DNA of 64,000 bases from an uncultured cyanobacterium (GTDB taxonomy: Bacteria > Cyanobacteriota > Cyanobacteriia > Phormidesmidales > Phormidesmidaceae), in the NCBI GenBank assembly GCA_963793265.1, contig CAWBZI010000001.1:576001-640000 (forward strand). The letters run 5' to 3'. The position numbers and the translations under genes were made by a program. Under the pieces are notes generated by a model. It was not told the DNA's origin. It saw nothing but the letters and a program-made list of their open reading frames with translations, and did not search any database. Within the stretch, counting starts at the first letter, position 1, and each line of letters starts with the position of its first letter. Shown here in pieces: positions 38,718-48,098 of this stretch.

Positions 38718-40541
38718 ATGGGGTTAATTGTTCAGAAGTATGGTGGTACTTCCGTTGGTAGCGTAGAGCGGATTCAGGCGGTAGCTGAGCGAATTCAGGC
38801 AACGGCCAAAGCTGGGAACTCAGTGATTGTCGTGGTTTCGGCAATGGGCAAAAGCACTGATGGCTTAGTGCAGCTTGCGACCGAAATTTCGAGTAACCCT
38901 AGCCGTAGAGAAATGGATATGCTGCTCTCGACTGGGGAGCAGGTGACGATTGCCCTATTGAGCATGGCCCTGCATGAACGCGGACAGGCCGCTATCTCTC
39001 TAACTGGCGCACAGGTTGGAATTGTGACCGAGGCTGAACATAGTCGCGCTCGCATCTTAGAAATTAAAACGCACCGCCTAAAGCGTCATTTAGAAGAGGG
39101 CAAAGTCATTGTCGTCGCAGGCTTTCAAGGCACTAGCCGCAGTGACGAACAAGAGAATGATATTGAAATTACGACGCTAGGACGTGGCGGCTCTGACACC
39201 TCAGCCGTTGCCTTAGCCGCCGCTATGCAGGCAGAACGCTGCGAGATTTATACAGATGTCCCTGGCATTTTGACCTCTGATCCGCGTGTAGTACCCGAAG
39301 CGCAGCTCATGGAGGAAATCACCTGCGATGAAATGTTAGAGCTAGCGAGCTTAGGCGCGAGCGTACTGCATCCTCGGGCGGTAGAGATTGCTCGAAACTA
39401 TGGCATTACGCTCGTGGTGCGATCTAGCTGGACAGATCAGCCTGGTACTCGTGTAACCTCACCTGCGCCACAGCCTAGACCCCTAGAAGGATTGGAGCTA
39501 GGCAATCCAGTCGACGCCGTGGAATTTGATACTGACCAGGCCAAGATAGCGCTGCTGCGAGTGCCCGATAAGCCGGGGGTGGCCGCTCAGCTATTTGGCG
39601 AGCTAGCAGGGCAGGCGCTGAATGTAGATTTGATTATTCAGTCTATTCATGAGGGCAATTCCAATGACATTGCATTCACGGTTCACAGTAAGTCGTTGGC
39701 TCAAGCAACCAGCGTTGCCGAGCATATTGCGCCTACGCTGAGATCGGATGTCTCTGCGACAGATGAGGCCGAGGTACAAACGTCTGACAAAATTGCCAAG
39801 CTGAGTATTGCAGGCGCAGGTATGATTGGCCGTCCTGGGGTAGCAGCAGGTATGTTTTCAGCGCTGGCGGCGGCGGGTGTGAATATTCAGATGATTTCGA
39901 CTTCGGAGGTGAAGGTGAGCTGTACGGTGGCTGCGAAGGATTGCGATCGCGCGATCACCACTCTCTGCAAACATTTCGACGTATCCAACTCACCTGCTAG
40001 GCTCGATCAAGCCCGCATACTTCCCACCGATCTCCCTTCAGTACGCGGCGCAGCTTTAGATCTCAAACAAGCACAGCTCGCCATTCGCTACGTGCCTGAC
40101 CAGCCGGGACTAGCCGCCCGCATCTTTCAAATCTTGGCCGATCGAGGCATTAGCGTGGACATGATTATTCAATCTCAGCGCAGCCGCCCGCACGAGGGGC
40201 AAATGACCCGTGATATTGCCTGCACAGTAGGTCAGGCTGAGGCGGCACTGGCCAAAGAGGTGTTGCAATCGGCGGCGGCTGAGTTGGGGTATGGAGAAGT
40301 TTGGGTGAATGAGGCGATCGCTAAAGTAAGCGTCGTCGGGATCGGCATGATCCATCGCCCCGGCATCGCTGCTGCTATGTTTCAGTCATTAGCTAAAGCA
40401 GGTATCAACATTCATATGATTGCGACTTCAGAGATCAAAATTAGCTGCGTTGTGAAACAAGCACAAGGCGTAGAAGCTTTAAAGGTCATCCATTCAGCCT
40501 TTGGTTTAGCTGGGAATAAAACCATTGAGGTACCCGCATGA
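38718..40541 (+). CDS. lysC: Aspartate kinase (cyanobacterial type with four ACT domains)
   Basis: [34 protein letters not shown]; repeated ACT units. Confidence 0.96.
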   Translation: MGLIVQKYGGTSVGSVERIQAVAERIQATAKAGNSVIVVVSAMGKSTDGLVQLATEISSNPSRREMDMLLSTGEQVTIALLSMALHERGQAAISLTGAQVGIVTEAEHSRARILEIKTHRLKRHLEEGKVIVVAGFQGTSRSDEQENDIEITTLGRGGSDTSAVALAAAMQAERCEIYTDVPGILTSDPRVVPEAQLMEEITCDEMLELASLGASVLHPRAVEIARNYGITLVVRSSWTDQPGTRVTSPAPQPRPLEGLELGNPVDAVEFDTDQAKIALLRVPDKPGVAAQLFGELAGQALNVDLIIQSIHEGNSNDIAFTVHSKSLAQATSVAEHIAPTLRSDVSATDEAEVQTSDKIAKLSIAGAGMIGRPGVAAGMFSALAAAGVNIQMISTSEVKVSCTVAAKDCDRAITTLCKHFDVSNSPARLDQARILPTDLPSVRGAALDLKQAQLAIRYVPDQPGLAARIFQILADRGISVDMIIQSQRSRPHEGQMTRDIACTVGQAEAALAKEVLQSAAAELGYGEVWVNEAIAKVSVVGIGMIHRPGIAAAMFQSLAKAGINIHMIATSEIKISCVVKQAQGVEALKVIHSAFGLAGNKTIEVPA

Positions 40542-40657
40542 GTCAAGATACCGCTATTTTTCTAGGCAGCGTAGCTTTATTCTTTGGCTACCTAGTTTTG
40601 TCTGCAAAAACTGAGATGGGTACGAAGACGAGCTTTCGATGGCCGTGGCAAAAATAA
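40538..40657 (+). CDS. 39-aa single-TM small protein translationally coupled to lysC
   Basis: ATGA overlap with the lysC stop; [39 protein letters not shown]. Confidence 0.65.
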   Translation: MSQDTAIFLGSVALFFGYLVLSAKTEMGTKTSFRWPWQK

Positions 40658-40766
40658 TGAGAGAAAGCCATCAAAAAACGCTGCTAAATGGAGAGGCAGC
40701 TCACCCTTGTTTAGCAACGCGTAATTTTGAAAAAAGGTGTTGGGAAGCGATTGACTAAGCGATTGA

Positions 40767-41750
40767 CTAAGCGACTGGTGGGCGACGGCGAGTTGCACCC
40801 AAGCCTGCGGCAAGTAAACCCACGCTAATTAGAGACATAGACATAGGTTCAGGAACCGGCTGCGCGGCGACTTCTCTGAATGTGCCTGCGGCAACAGGCG
40901 CTGTGAGACGGAAGACTTGACCGTCACCGACATCGACACCGAGAGGAGCGCCACTGCCTGCGGCTGTGACTGCTGCGTCAATAGGATTAGAAATCTCTGC
41001 GGGGAGCGTTAGTCCGTGAATCACAATCTCTCGGAAATCGAGAGGATTCAAGTTGTTGTATTGACGAGCCTGATCGGCATCAGATAGATCGAAGCTATAG
41101 GTAGTATCTAGAACAAACTCTGTACCACTTGGAAAAAGCTCGCCAGGATTGATTTCCCCAGCACCCGCTCTTTGCAAGAACTGAGTAAGTGGTGGCAGGC
41201 CAGAGGGTGGCGCAGGCTGCTGCTCAGAGGACAGATTCAAAATCACTGGGCCGTAGGCAGGACGACCTTCAATAAAGTTGAGATAGCCATCGCCATCAGC
41301 ATCATCCATGGCCAGCGTAGGCAGCCTTGATGGCACGGGCCTGCCACCAGTTCCGGCAAAGAAAGGGCCGTTGCCCTGCTCGAATAAAGGCAAAGAGGCA
41401 TTGCCTAGAAACTGACCGTGAATGTGGGCAACGTGAACGCCGCCAAACTCAGTCAGGTCTTGCAGTCCAGTGACGTTGACTTTAACTTGTAGGCTCGCTG
41501 TGTTGGCGATGCTGTCAAGCGTTTCGATAATAGAGGCAGAGCCGGAAGCGCGAGAGCCAAAGGCACTGTTGAGCGTACCGATTTCGCTGGTGTAGGTGCT
41601 GGTAGAAAGATGTGCAGCGAGTGCGGATAATGGCAGTGTAGCCGTCGCGGCAACGGCTGTCAGCGTGGAAAATAGCAGTGCTTTCAAGGCGGTTAATCCC
41701 TTTGAAGATGCTCTTAAGGCATTTCTATCTGGATTTTTGGCGATATGCAT
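40767..41750 (-). CDS. PEP-CTERM sorted exported protein with a His-rich (CHRD-like) motif
   Basis: Signal peptide; HVAHIHG, DADGDG and VIHG motifs; C-terminal VPEP, TM helix, RRR. Confidence 0.85.
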   Translation of the reverse strand: MHIAKNPDRNALRASSKGLTALKALLFSTLTAVAATATLPLSALAAHLSTSTYTSEIGTLNSAFGSRASGSASIIETLDSIANTASLQVKVNVTGLQDLTEFGGVHVAHIHGQFLGNASLPLFEQGNGPFFAGTGGRPVPSRLPTLAMDDADGDGYLNFIEGRPAYGPVILNLSSEQQPAPPSGLPPLTQFLQRAGAGEINPGELFPSGTEFVLDTTYSFDLSDADQARQYNNLNPLDFREIVIHGLTLPAEISNPIDAAVTAAGSGAPLGVDVGDGQVFRLTAPVAAGTFREVAAQPVPEPMSMSLISVGLLAAGLGATRRRPPVA

Positions 41751-41813
41751 AAGATTTAGGATTTGTGTACGGCGAGAATACGGAACGGAAGTAGATGCCC
41801 TTCGTAGTCGGGG

Positions 41814-41841
41814 TACGTATGAGGGCTATGAGCGGATTCGG
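41814..41841 (-). promoter_or_regulatory. Putative ECF (SigK-like) promoter of the PEP-CTERM gene
   Basis: Minus strand CCGAATCC-N16-CGTACC; the same motif recurs before the anti-sigma gene. Confidence 0.55.
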
Positions 41842-42035
41842 AATAGACGATAAAGCGGGAAAAACCCGTTGAAACTTCGCAGCGCCTTTATAAAGTGCGA
41901 ATGAAGATATAATTCTTGTGAAGCAAGCAGTACTAAGCAACCTTTACGAATAGCGAGTATACGAATAGCGATTAACTATGGCCCAAATCTATATAAGATG
42001 GTGAGACGAGCATATCTTTTTGCCCCCTGTCCCGT

Positions 42036-42647
42036 ATGTCTTTACCGCTATCTAATAGCTCTAGCTCTGAGTCGTCAGTACACAAAGACTCAGCAGATAC
42101 GGTTGTATATGCAGCACTCGAGCGCGGCGACGCCAAAGCTTTAGGCATTTTGTATGACCGCCATGCGGGGCTAGTATATGCCATTGCTCTCAAGGTTTTG
42201 AGCAATACGCAAGCAGCAGAAGATTTGACCCAAGACATCTTTGTGATGCTTGCAAACACGAAGCAGTACAACCCCAAAAGAGGCGCACTACGGACTTATC
42301 TAGCGGTTTTAACCCGGTCACGGGCTATTGATCGGCTGCGTTCAAAGGGGGCAGCTTCTCGCAAAATTAACCGGCTCCAAAGTCTTCAGTCGCGATCGCC
42401 CACAGACAACGTACCGCTAGAGAAAGTCAGCCAGTACGAACAAAATTACACCGTACGGGAGGCGCTATGTCAGCTTTCAACTGAAGAACAGCAGATTTTG
42501 AACATGATGTATTTTGAAGGGCTTAGCCAGTCGGCAGTTTCGCAAACGCTAGGTGTTCCGTTGGGAACAGTAAAAACAAGATCTCGTCGGGGACTAACAA
42601 AACTGCGACAGATTTTAGGCGATTCTGTTCTTACGGACAAAGCTTAG
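42036..42647 (+). CDS. ECF RNA polymerase sigma factor (SigK-like)
   Basis: AEDLTQDIF, RSRAIDRLR, YFEGLSQSAVS...PLGTVKTRSRRGL. Confidence 0.92.
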   Translation: MSLPLSNSSSSESSVHKDSADTVVYAALERGDAKALGILYDRHAGLVYAIALKVLSNTQAAEDLTQDIFVMLANTKQYNPKRGALRTYLAVLTRSRAIDRLRSKGAASRKINRLQSLQSRSPTDNVPLEKVSQYEQNYTVREALCQLSTEEQQILNMMYFEGLSQSAVSQTLGVPLGTVKTRSRRGLTKLRQILGDSVLTDKA

Positions 42648-42650
42648 AAG

Positions 42651-42679
42651 GAATCCACATCTATCATAAGAAGCGTACC
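42651..42679 (+). promoter_or_regulatory. Putative ECF promoter of the anti-sigma gene
   Basis: GAATCC-N17-CGTACC. Confidence 0.55.
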
Positions 42680-42722
42680 TAGTTTAGTAGTTCCATTCAC
42701 TTCCCTTTAACAAGGCGACTTG

Positions 42723-43544
42723 ATGAGTCAGTCATCACCAGCAGAAAATATATCTTCTCTCGTCGCAGGGTATGTACTCGGCACGCTAGATGATGTCGAG
42801 GCAGAGATGTTTGCCCAGCTTGTGCTGGAAGATCCCACGGTGCTAGAAGAAGTTGACCAAATGCAGGCGGTGCTAGAGCAGACTTACGCGATAGAAGAAA
42901 TTGCACCGCCCTCTCAGCTTAGAGAAAAGGTTTTGGCAGCATCAGCGACATCGGCAGCGGTCGCTCAACCTACATCCCTATTCTCACAGCCTCTACAACC
43001 ACAACCTCTACAGCTACCAGAGCCTACGGTTGAGCAGCCACACACACGCTGGCGAAAAGCTGCTTTAGCTACCCTTGCTACAGTGCTAGGGCTTAGCGCG
43101 CTGACTAACTTTGTTCTATGGCGTCAGCTCAACCAACAAATCGCCACAGCCCCTAATAACCAAACGGTAGAGCAGAGCGCTGAGTCTTTAGACTATAGGC
43201 TAACCTCAACAGAACCAGCAGAAACGGGAACGGCTGAGGTGACCGTTGATCCAGCCAGCCTGACAGCTCAGATTCAAGCTCAAGAACTGCCAGCGATCGC
43301 ACCTGATAAAACCTACGTACTATGGGCCGTACTCAATCCAGAAGCCCCTTTCACCACTGATGAGAAAGGAGCCATCTTAACCACAGCTTTTCAGGTAGAC
43401 GAACAGGGCAACGCCAGCGAAACAACTTCAGTTCCCGCCGTATTCAGACAGCCCGAGCTGATTGTAGCCTTGGGCATCACGGTGGAATCTGCTGATTCGC
43501 CGCAGAGCCACACAGGCGCTCCCGTACTACTTTCACCGCTCTAG
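42723..43544 (+). CDS. Anti-sigma factor (RskA-like)
   Basis: LVAGYVLGTLD, PPSQLREKVL, single TM helix, C-terminal LPAIAPDKTYVLWA...LGITVE. Confidence 0.88.
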   Translation: MSQSSPAENISSLVAGYVLGTLDDVEAEMFAQLVLEDPTVLEEVDQMQAVLEQTYAIEEIAPPSQLREKVLAASATSAAVAQPTSLFSQPLQPQPLQLPEPTVEQPHTRWRKAALATLATVLGLSALTNFVLWRQLNQQIATAPNNQTVEQSAESLDYRLTSTEPAETGTAEVTVDPASLTAQIQAQELPAIAPDKTYVLWAVLNPEAPFTTDEKGAILTTAFQVDEQGNASETTSVPAVFRQPELIVALGITVESADSPQSHTGAPVLLSPL

Positions 43545-43713
43545 CATTCTCAGAGAAGCTACCGTAGGGCCTTTAAAGATCTCACTCTTATGGCTATGGA
43601 GGGATATCTACACTCGTAATAAACCGCTAAGCTTGCGATATTAAATATGTCAAGTGGCTAAGCGCAAACTGTTCTTGCGAGGTCACCCAAGCTCAAACAC
43701 ACAGGTAGCCCCC

Positions 43714-44004
43714 ATGGACAATAAAAATTTAATTGAATCGTTTTACGGCTGGTATCGTGGCGCAATTCGTGACCCAAAGTGGCGCTGGTTCATCATCCTG
43801 GGCACAGCACTCTATCTTGTTAGCCCACTAGATATTTCACCAGATATTATTCCTATCATTGGCTGGCTAGACGATGGTATTTTGGCAACTTTGCTAGTGA
43901 CTGAACTCTCTTCTTTAGCGATGGATTATTTAGGCGGCCGTAAGGAAACAGCAGCTACTGCTGATGCAGAAGACGCGACTGTTATTGATGTTGAAGTTAG
44001 CTAA
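43714..44004 (+). CDS. DUF1232 (YkvA) family membrane protein
   Basis: YLVSPLDISPDIIPIIGWLDD. Confidence 0.9.
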   Translation: MDNKNLIESFYGWYRGAIRDPKWRWFIILGTALYLVSPLDISPDIIPIIGWLDDGILATLLVTELSSLAMDYLGGRKETAATADAEDATVIDVEVS

Positions 44005-44104
44005 TTTTAGATTGTTGATTAGTTAAGTTTAAGAGCTTAAAAAGAGTGTTGATAAGGTTTTTCTAAAAGAGAACTTTATTAGCACTCTTTTGCCTTAGGG
44101 GCAG

Positions 44105-45958
44105 CTACTCACTTGCTGCTGGAGGTGCAACAGGAACAGCTTCAGGAGAGTTGTTTTCTTCGGGTACAGCAGGCGGCGCGGCGATTGGTTCAACGGGAGC
44201 ATCTACCGGAGCCCAAGTGCCGATATCCCAGGTACTCGTGTCCCAAGGTGTCGGGTCTACGCCAGTGATGCGATCGCTCAACCCATTAATCACCGCCCGA
44301 CGCACCAGCGGAATCACCACATAATCCTGCGCCAAAATAGTGTTCAACCGCTGAAAAAGAACACTTCTCTTATCAGGATCTAGCTCCTTACTCGCCTGCT
44401 CCCACACCTTGTCATATTCAGGATTACAGTAGCGGCCATTGTTTGGCCTTTGCCACTGATTTTTTTGAGAAGCAATCTCATCACATAGCCACCAGCTCAT
44501 ATAGATCGCAGGATCAGGCGTGTCGCTGCCCGTGTTGTACTCCTGCATATCTGCATAGAAGTGGTTGAGACTGCGAGTCTGAGACGGGTCGGCTGAAAAG
44601 AAGTCTTCGGCAACCACCCGGCTAATATCAACATCGATACCGACAGCCGCTAAGTCCTCTTTGATCATCTCCTGAGTTTGCTGGCGCACCGGATTGATTG
44701 GCGTTTGGAACACCATCCGCATTTCTTCGCCGTCTTTATCGCGAATCCCGTCTTCGTTAGTATCTACCCAACCGGCCTCATCCAGCAGTTTGTTAGCGCG
44801 CTCGGGGTCATGACGGTAGTAAATGCTAGGGTTCGCGTATTCTTCGGGGTAAGGAAGGAGCTGGTTCGTTCGCTGGCCTGCGTTGCCGTATACCTCGTAG
44901 GCGATCGCATCTCTATCAATCGCATAGTCCACTGCCTGACGCACTTTCACATCACTTAAAAAAGGATGCGGATTATCCACACTAGAGCGTTCACCCTTTT
45001 CAGTTTCTTCATTGGGATCGGTCAGGTTAAGCATCAGCCGCTCCACGTAAGCGCCAAACGTTGCAAACACGCGCCCGGCTCCACCTGCTGCTAGAGACTT
45101 GCGATCGTCAATACTGAGCTGTACGTTATGAGCGAAATCAGCGTCGCCATCGCGCAGCACTCGCTTTGCCGCCACATACGGCGTCACGCCGCCCTCTAGC
45201 TCCACAATTTTAAAAGCAGGTAGCCCGTCTCGAAACTGTTCGTTCGCCGCAAACGTCCACCGCCCATCCACAATTGTGATGAAGCGAAAAGGGCCAGTGC
45301 CCACTGGCTGCAAGTTTGCAGGCGCACTGCGAGCATTAATTCCCTTGGCACTCTCAAACACGTGCTTGGGCAAAATCATGCCGTTTTGCCCTGTGAACGG
45401 CAGCGCCCAAGAAGGATTGGGCTCTTTGAAAGTGATTTTCACAGTCAGCGGATCGACGGCCTCTACTTTCTCTATTGCCTCGTAGTACTTTTCTGTTACG
45501 GCTGCGACTTTCGGGTCGCTCACAAACTCGTAAGTAAAGACAACATCTTCAGCCGTAAAGGGCTGACCGTCTGACCAACGCACGTTGGGCTTTAATCGCC
45601 AGGTAACCGTGCGGCCATCCGCAGCAATGCCCCCATTTTCAGGCGTAGGAATCAGCTCAGCCAATACCGGCAGCAAATCGCCATTGGGCTCGTAAGTCGC
45701 TAGGGGTTCGTAGACAATTCTGGCGGCTTCAAAGTCTTGAAAGCCATTAGCCAAATGAGGATTTAGCGTCGTCGGAATTCGGCTGTACAGCAGCTTAAGA
45801 ACGTATTCATCGCGTACGTCTAGCTCAACCTGTTCGTTTGTTTTGTTCAGCGTAAAGGGTTCAGAGCTAACCACTTCTGTCGTGTTAGTAGACCTAGACT
45901 GACAGGCCGAGAGCGCTAGCAGCCCAGCTAAAGGAATCGCTAATAGAGAAAATCTCAT
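44105..45958 (-). CDS. Peptide/nickel ABC transporter substrate-binding lipoprotein (orphan)
   Basis: Lipobox LSAC; TLNPHL, VRWSDGQPFTAEDVVFTY, PVGTGPF, VRQAVDYAIDR. Confidence 0.92.
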   Translation of the reverse strand: MRFSLLAIPLAGLLALSACQSRSTNTTEVVSSEPFTLNKTNEQVELDVRDEYVLKLLYSRIPTTLNPHLANGFQDFEAARIVYEPLATYEPNGDLLPVLAELIPTPENGGIAADGRTVTWRLKPNVRWSDGQPFTAEDVVFTYEFVSDPKVAAVTEKYYEAIEKVEAVDPLTVKITFKEPNPSWALPFTGQNGMILPKHVFESAKGINARSAPANLQPVGTGPFRFITIVDGRWTFAANEQFRDGLPAFKIVELEGGVTPYVAAKRVLRDGDADFAHNVQLSIDDRKSLAAGGAGRVFATFGAYVERLMLNLTDPNEETEKGERSSVDNPHPFLSDVKVRQAVDYAIDRDAIAYEVYGNAGQRTNQLLPYPEEYANPSIYYRHDPERANKLLDEAGWVDTNEDGIRDKDGEEMRMVFQTPINPVRQQTQEMIKEDLAAVGIDVDISRVVAEDFFSADPSQTRSLNHFYADMQEYNTGSDTPDPAIYMSWWLCDEIASQKNQWQRPNNGRYCNPEYDKVWEQASKELDPDKRSVLFQRLNTILAQDYVVIPLVRRAVINGLSDRITGVDPTPWDTSTWDIGTWAPVDAPVEPIAAPPAVPEENNSPEAVPVAPPAASE

Positions 45959-46040
45959 CACAAACTTTGCACCCAAACTAAACACTCGCAGCTTATCAAC
46001 CTACTGGCTGTCTCAATATATTCAAACGCTGTTAGGGCAA

Positions 46041-46568
46041 TCAGCCATTACTCGACAAAAAAGGCAAGACTTCAGCAACCCGATCAGACACCTGCTCGCT
46101 CGAACGCCTCGCCCAATACTCGCTTAAAAAATGAATTTGCCGTAGCCCCACGATCAGATTTAAACCTGGAATAACAATCCACCAGCAAACTAAAGGCGCA
46201 CTCAATCCTTCAGCGACATACAGCCGGTTGATCTCTCGATACAGCCGATACTGAACGATATAAATCCATAAAACGCCTGAGAATGCCAGCCAGCTAAACC
46301 AGCTTGGCACATCTGGATCGAACCGAGCGAGCGCTAATGGCACGACAATGCCGAGGACGAAAGGAATAATGCATACTGCGCCTGACCATACGTTTGCGAT
46401 CGCCTCATCCGACTCAGATTGCTGAGCAGCGTAAGCTTTCAGCTCGTCTTGAATCATCCACTTGTAGTAGCCGTAATACAGCAGCCCAGACGCTACCGAG
46501 CGTAAAATGACGCGAGTTAAGGGGCGAGGTGTGCCCACAGCAGAGGTCGCCGGAGAAGTAGCAGTCAT
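46041..46568 (-). CDS. Hypothetical membrane protein (DUF4234-like)
   Basis: Several TM helices; LLYYGYYKW motif. Confidence 0.7.
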   Translation of the reverse strand: MTATSPATSAVGTPRPLTRVILRSVASGLLYYGYYKWMIQDELKAYAAQQSESDEAIANVWSGAVCIIPFVLGIVVPLALARFDPDVPSWFSWLAFSGVLWIYIVQYRLYREINRLYVAEGLSAPLVCWWIVIPGLNLIVGLRQIHFLSEYWARRSSEQVSDRVAEVLPFLSSNG

Positions 46569-46671
46569 GGAGAAAAAGGCACTAGCAAAAGTTTTTGTAT
46601 CCTAGCGCGAGTTGGAGCGCCTTGTTCTGAGATCTGTTTCGAGTAAATCTATGCCTCGTTTCAACAAAGTG

Positions 46672-46677
46672 TCCTGA
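46672..46677 (+). promoter_or_regulatory. DIF1-like -35 hexamer (TCCTGA), copy 1
   Basis: Starts 34 nt before the sRNA repeat start; same spacing in copy 2. Confidence 0.6.
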
Positions 46678-46705
46678 CTCAGCTAAGCAACTGAGTACTA
46701 ATAAT

Positions 46706-46814
46706 TGGTAGATGCACCCTGATGTTTCCTCGGCTGTCATACCCTCGGTTCACGCTTGAATTCACACTTTTGTGGCGATGCGTACTGTCGGTTGATTAGC
46801 TGAGGATTTTTTTT
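46706..46814 (+). ncRNA. nsiR1: NsiR1-like small RNA, copy 1 (long-stem variant)
   Basis: 5' TGGTAGATGCACCCTGA, then a TCCTCGGCT...AGCTGAGGA stem and T8 tail. Confidence 0.65.
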
Positions 46815-46839
46815 GTTTTTAGCTGGCTTGCCGTATTTG

Positions 46840-46845
46840 TCCTGA
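46840..46845 (+). promoter_or_regulatory. DIF1-like -35 hexamer (TCCTGA), copy 2
   Basis: Starts 34 nt before the second TGGTAGATGCACCCTGA. Confidence 0.6.
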
Positions 46846-46873
46846 ACCCAATCGCCGCCTTGGAATAGTTAAG

Positions 46874-46929
46874 TGGTAGATGCACCCTGACCATTCCCTG
46901 GCACTTTTTAGCGCTAGGGAATTTTTTTT
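46874..46929 (+). ncRNA. nsiR1: NsiR1-like small RNA, copy 2 (about 56 nt)
   Basis: TGGTAGATGCACCCTGA, hairpin TTCCCTGGCACT-TTTT-AGCGCTAGGGAA, T8 tail; size and layout match NsiR1 as recalled. Confidence 0.72.
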
Positions 46930-47001
46930 GCAAAAAAAGCCGCTAGCGAAGTAGCGACTTTCTTTCAACGATCATTCTTTCAACGATCAAAGGCGTCAGA
47001 A

Positions 47002-47508
47002 CTACGCAGACTCAGCCGCTGGTTCTTCAGCAGGTTTCTCCTCAGCAGCGGGTTCTACAGGTTCGTCACTAGCAACGGGAACCTCAGCAACCGGTTCAGT
47101 CGTTTCAACGGCTTCGGCAGCAGGTGCCGTTGATTCAGTCGTTTCGCTAGAGTCAGCAGCCACCGACTCACTGCCATCAGCCGCTTCAGTTTCAGAAACT
47201 TCGGGCACTTCAGGTTCAGCGACCTTTGCAGAAGGCTTAGGCCCACGTACTAAAGCAGGATTCATCGGCCCTTTAGGCTTATCGTCCTTGCCTCGGCCCT
47301 TACCTTTACGTCCCTTGCCTTTACCACCCCGACCACTGTCACGATCGTCGCGGCTATAGGTCTGACTCTGGCTTTCGCTTTGGCCTTCGCCGCTGTCTTT
47401 GCGATCAGCCTTCTTAATCGGTGGAGGCACGTTACTAACAGGTGCAGGCGTGGGCTCAGCCTGCTTTGCCGCCTCACGCTCACTTTTTTTGATAGGACGC
47501 TCTGCCAT
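47002..47508 (-). CDS. Low-complexity hypothetical protein
   Basis: MAERPIKKSER start, GKG/RG-rich basic patch, PMNPALVRGPKP motif, acidic tail. Confidence 0.75.
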   Translation of the reverse strand: MAERPIKKSEREAAKQAEPTPAPVSNVPPPIKKADRKDSGEGQSESQSQTYSRDDRDSGRGGKGKGRKGKGRGKDDKPKGPMNPALVRGPKPSAKVAEPEVPEVSETEAADGSESVAADSSETTESTAPAAEAVETTEPVAEVPVASDEPVEPAAEEKPAEEPAAESA

Positions 47509-47577
47509 CGATCTCTCCGCTGTATTACGTAAATTGCCAATTAATGGTATCACGTGCGATTGAGAGAAAAGCGCAGC

Positions 47578-47961
47578 TTAGCTAGGTGGCCAGCCATCGT
47601 CCGTTTGAGGAAGCGGGCTTTCGCTGCCCAGCAAAGGCGTTTCACCGTCAGAAGATGCGTCAATTGTCTTGCCTACTTCGCCGTTGTCCAGCACTGCTTC
47701 AGGATCAAAGTTCAGACCTAGTACATCAATCAGCGCGTCTTCATCTGAGTTGAGCTGATAGAACGGCACCATTAGGTTAGAAAGCTTAGGCTCTAGGGCA
47801 TTAACAACGCCTAGAATAAGGAATGAGGACGGTCGGCGTCCGCCTTCGGGTGTGCGTACGGAAGTCGTAGACATCTGAACTTCGAGCCAGGTACGGTTGG
47901 CGCGGAAGTAGTCCAGCCATTTGTCTCTGATAACCGAAGTAAAGTTCTCGAAAAAGGCCAT
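47578..47961 (-). CDS. DUF5331-like cyanobacterial protein
   Basis: IRDKWLDYFRANRTWL...GGRRPSSFLILGVVNALEPKL...LGLNFDP. Confidence 0.8.
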   Translation of the reverse strand: MAFFENFTSVIRDKWLDYFRANRTWLEVQMSTTSVRTPEGGRRPSSFLILGVVNALEPKLSNLMVPFYQLNSDEDALIDVLGLNFDPEAVLDNGEVGKTIDASSDGETPLLGSESPLPQTDDGWPPS

Positions 47962-48098
47962 TTTTCAACCTGTAAGGAATTGCGAGCAAACTGCAACGGG
48001 GGCGTTTGCTATTCTACGCTTGTGCATGTAGCCCCAATATCGCAGCAATCTAACACCCTTCAGGCGTTATGACTAGACTATGAACAAATTTTGTTGTT

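Noticed and set aside
40592..40813. 73-aa ORF with an SLSQ repeat
   Set aside because: The repeat is just the translation of the 12-bp DNA duplication, and the ORF overlaps better-supported genes.
46706..46890. The two 17-bp direct repeats as a CRISPR mini-array
   Set aside because: Only two short copies 168 nt apart, each with its own promoter-like hexamer and terminator, and no cas genes; sRNA units fit better.
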